DNA of 24,000 nucleotides from Propionicimonas sp. (GTDB lineage: Bacteria; Actinomycetota; Actinomycetes; Propionibacteriales; Propionibacteriaceae), in NCBI GenBank assembly GCA_036735445.1, contig DAINOM010000001.1, positions 65,248-89,247 of the forward strand, read 5' to 3'. The position numbers and the translations under genes are program-made. A model generated the notes under the pieces. It made no database searches and had not been told where the DNA came from. It was given only the letters and a program-made list of their open reading frames with translations. This document shows positions 22,386 to 24,000 of this stretch, one piece after another; positions within the stretch are counted from its first letter, which is position 1, and every line of letters starts with the position of its first letter.

Positions 22386-22427
22386 CAGCCGCCCCCAATC
22401 CGGGGGCGTGGACTTCGGGGGCGGCTG
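22386..22427 (+). terminator. GC-rich hairpin after the PTS/GH1 operon (candidate intrinsic terminator, no clear U-tract)
   Basis: CAGCCGCCCCC (22386-22396) pairs perfectly with GGGGGCGGCTG (22417-22427). An alternative inner hairpin is CGCCCCC-AATCC-GGGGGCG. Confidence 0.35.
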
Positions 22428-22460
22428 CGTTCGAAGGGAGGCCACAACCTCTGTACGAAC

Positions 22461-22483
22461 TCCAGTATTCTGAATACAGTATG
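22461..22483 (+). promoter_or_regulatory. Operator copy D (best dyad) upstream of the second ABC operon
   Basis: TCCAGTATTCTGAATACAGTATG. GTATTC-T-GAATAC (22465-22477) is a perfect palindrome. TACAGT is a possible -10. 30 nt upstream of ATG 22507, with GAGGAGG as the RBS. Confidence 0.55.
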
Positions 22484-22506
22484 AAGATCTCAACGAGGAG
22501 GTCTCG

Positions 22507-23817
22507 ATGAAGTCCCGCAGGATCCTCGCCCTCGTGGCAGCGACCGCGTTCTCCCTCACCGGCTGCGCGATGGGCGGCACCGCCCCCGCGGCCACGACGG
22601 CCCCGGCCGTCACCCCGTCCGCCAAGCCGACCGGCTCGATCACCGTGTGGTCGTGGGACGTCGCGGCCGTCGCACTCAAGCGGCTGGCCACCGAGTACCA
22701 GTCCAGCCACCCGGACACCACGATCGACGTCGTCGACATCGGCTACGACAACGCCTACGACAAGATCTCCGTCGGCCTGCAGGCCGCCAGCGGACTGCCC
22801 GACCTGGTCACCATCGAGACCGACCGCGCGTCCGGGTACCTCGGCCAGTTCCCGCAGGGCTTCGTGAAGCTCGACTCCGTGATCGGCGACCAGAAGGCCG
22901 ACTTCGACCCGTCCAAGTGGGCGGCCGCGACCGGTGCCGACGGCGGCATCTACATGGTCCCCTGGGACTCCGGAACCGTCGCCCTCTACTACCGCTCCGA
23001 CTACCTCAAGGACGCCGGGGTCGACCCCGCATCCCTCACCACCTGGGACGCGCTGATCGCCGCCGGCGAGAAGATCAAGTCCGCGACCGGACACACCCTG
23101 ATGTCGATCGACGTGTCCTCCGGGGCCACCTTCGGCATGCTCATGCAGCAGCAGGGCGCCTGGATCTTCGACGCCCAGGGCAGCGTCAGCGTGAACAGCG
23201 ACCAGGCCGTGCAGGCCCTGACCGTGCTCAAGAGCATCCACGACAAGGGCCTGCTCAAGAACGTGAAGGGCTGGGACGGCCGGGTCAGCTCCACCAAGGC
23301 CGGCGACTCCGCCGTCCACCCCGAGGCGGTGTGGTGGATCGGCACGCTGGAGGGCGAGATGAAGGAGCTCTCCGGGAAGTTCGGCGTGGTGCCGCTGCCC
23401 GCGTTCGGGGACAGTGCCCGGACGGCAGCGAACGGCGGCTCGAACCTGGCCGTCCCCGCTCAGGCCAAGAACCCCACTCTGGCGGCCGACTTCGCGGCCT
23501 GGGTGCTCGCGGACGCGAAGAACCAGGCGTCGATGATGGAGAAGGAAGGGCTGTTCCCGGCCTACCTCCCCGCCCTGGCCGAGCCGATCTTCAACCAGCC
23601 GGACAAGTACTTCGGTGGCCAGAAGGTCTACCAGCTGTTCGCAGAGCAGACCGCGAAGATCCCGCCGGTGAACTTCACGAGTGACGCAGCCAAGGCGTCC
23701 GACATCGTCGGTAACGCCGTGGTCGCCGCGGTGCTCAACGGCAAGGACCCGAAGACTGTCCTGGACGACGCGGCGAAGCAGATCGCGACCGCGACAGGCC
23801 GGCAGATCGCGGGCTGA
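22507..23817 (+). CDS. Extracellular sugar-binding lipoprotein (second ABC system)
   Basis: MKSRRILALVAATAFSLTGCAMGG (signal peptide plus lipobox LTGC), 436 aa, with family-1 solute-binding protein features. Confidence 0.9.
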   Translation: MKSRRILALVAATAFSLTGCAMGGTAPAATTAPAVTPSAKPTGSITVWSWDVAAVALKRLATEYQSSHPDTTIDVVDIGYDNAYDKISVGLQAASGLPDLVTIETDRASGYLGQFPQGFVKLDSVIGDQKADFDPSKWAAATGADGGIYMVPWDSGTVALYYRSDYLKDAGVDPASLTTWDALIAAGEKIKSATGHTLMSIDVSSGATFGMLMQQQGAWIFDAQGSVSVNSDQAVQALTVLKSIHDKGLLKNVKGWDGRVSSTKAGDSAVHPEAVWWIGTLEGEMKELSGKFGVVPLPAFGDSARTAANGGSNLAVPAQAKNPTLAADFAAWVLADAKNQASMMEKEGLFPAYLPALAEPIFNQPDKYFGGQKVYQLFAEQTAKIPPVNFTSDAAKASDIVGNAVVAAVLNGKDPKTVLDDAAKQIATATGRQIAG

Positions 23818-24000
23818 TGTCGGCGACGGCGACGCGGGCCGGCGGCCGGGTCCGGGGCTCCACCCGACTCGGACGCCGGCTTGCCCGGCCGGGCCTGTGG
23901 TTCTCACTGCCGGCACTGGCGCTGTTCGCGCTGTTCTTCGCCTACCCGCTGTTCGCGTCCCTGTTGCAGAGCTTCTTCAGCACGAAGGGCGGCGTCTCCC
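23817..24000 (+). CDS. Carbohydrate ABC transporter permease (MalF-like), N-terminal part; continues past the window end
   Basis: ATG 23817 overlaps the SBP stop by 1 nt (TGATG). Read directly: MSATATRAGGRVRGSTRLGRRLARPGLWFSLPALALFALFFAYPLFASLLQSFFSTKGG, a typical first TM segment of these permeases. Confidence 0.8.
   Translation, partial: MSATATRAGGRVRGSTRLGRRLARPGLWFSLPALALFALFFAYPLFASLLQSFFSTKGGVS

Overview
By eye this is a very GC-rich, actinobacterial-type chromosomal segment, almost entirely given over to carbohydrate uptake and catabolism. I found no rRNA, tRNA, CRISPR array, transposase or integrase.

Layout, left to right:
- 1-362: partial EamA/DMT transporter (-).
- 363-749: repeat-filled divergent intergenic region.
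- 750-1733: quinone oxidoreductase (+).
- 1734-2421: poorly defined stretch with small ORFs.
- 15968 down to 2481: a ~13.5 kb minus-strand array of ten tightly packed genes. In order: GH2 beta-galactosidase, EbgC/YhcH-like protein, sugar ABC binding protein, two permeases, a GH63/MGH1-like (alpha/alpha)6 hydrolase, GcvPA-like and GcvPB-like proteins, an ATP-NAD-kinase-fold protein, and an SDR.
- 16112-16768: divergent GntR/FCD regulator (+).
- 16781-18706: PRD-domain (LicR/MtlR-type) regulator (-).
- 18891-22334: divergent lactose/cellobiose-family PTS operon EIIB-EIIC-EIIA plus a GH1 6-phospho-beta-glucosidase (+).
- 22507 to the window end: a second sugar ABC system (+).

Things worth a second look:
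1. A glycine-decarboxylase-like GcvPA/PB + NAD-kinase-fold + SDR module is translationally coupled into the glycoside-utilisation array. No gcvT or gcvH lies in the window.
2. A ~13-17 bp AT-rich dyad (core CTGAATACA) occurs four times, each 30-45 nt upstream of an operon start. This suggests one GntR/FCD regulon tying these units together.
3. A REP/BIME-like palindromic element family (motif ATCCCGG-N5-7-CCGGGATGAC) has three full copies. One is inserted in frame inside the beta-galactosidase gene. Another forms the stop/start junction of two genes.

Functional calls rest on recognisable motifs in the translations. No database search was possible.
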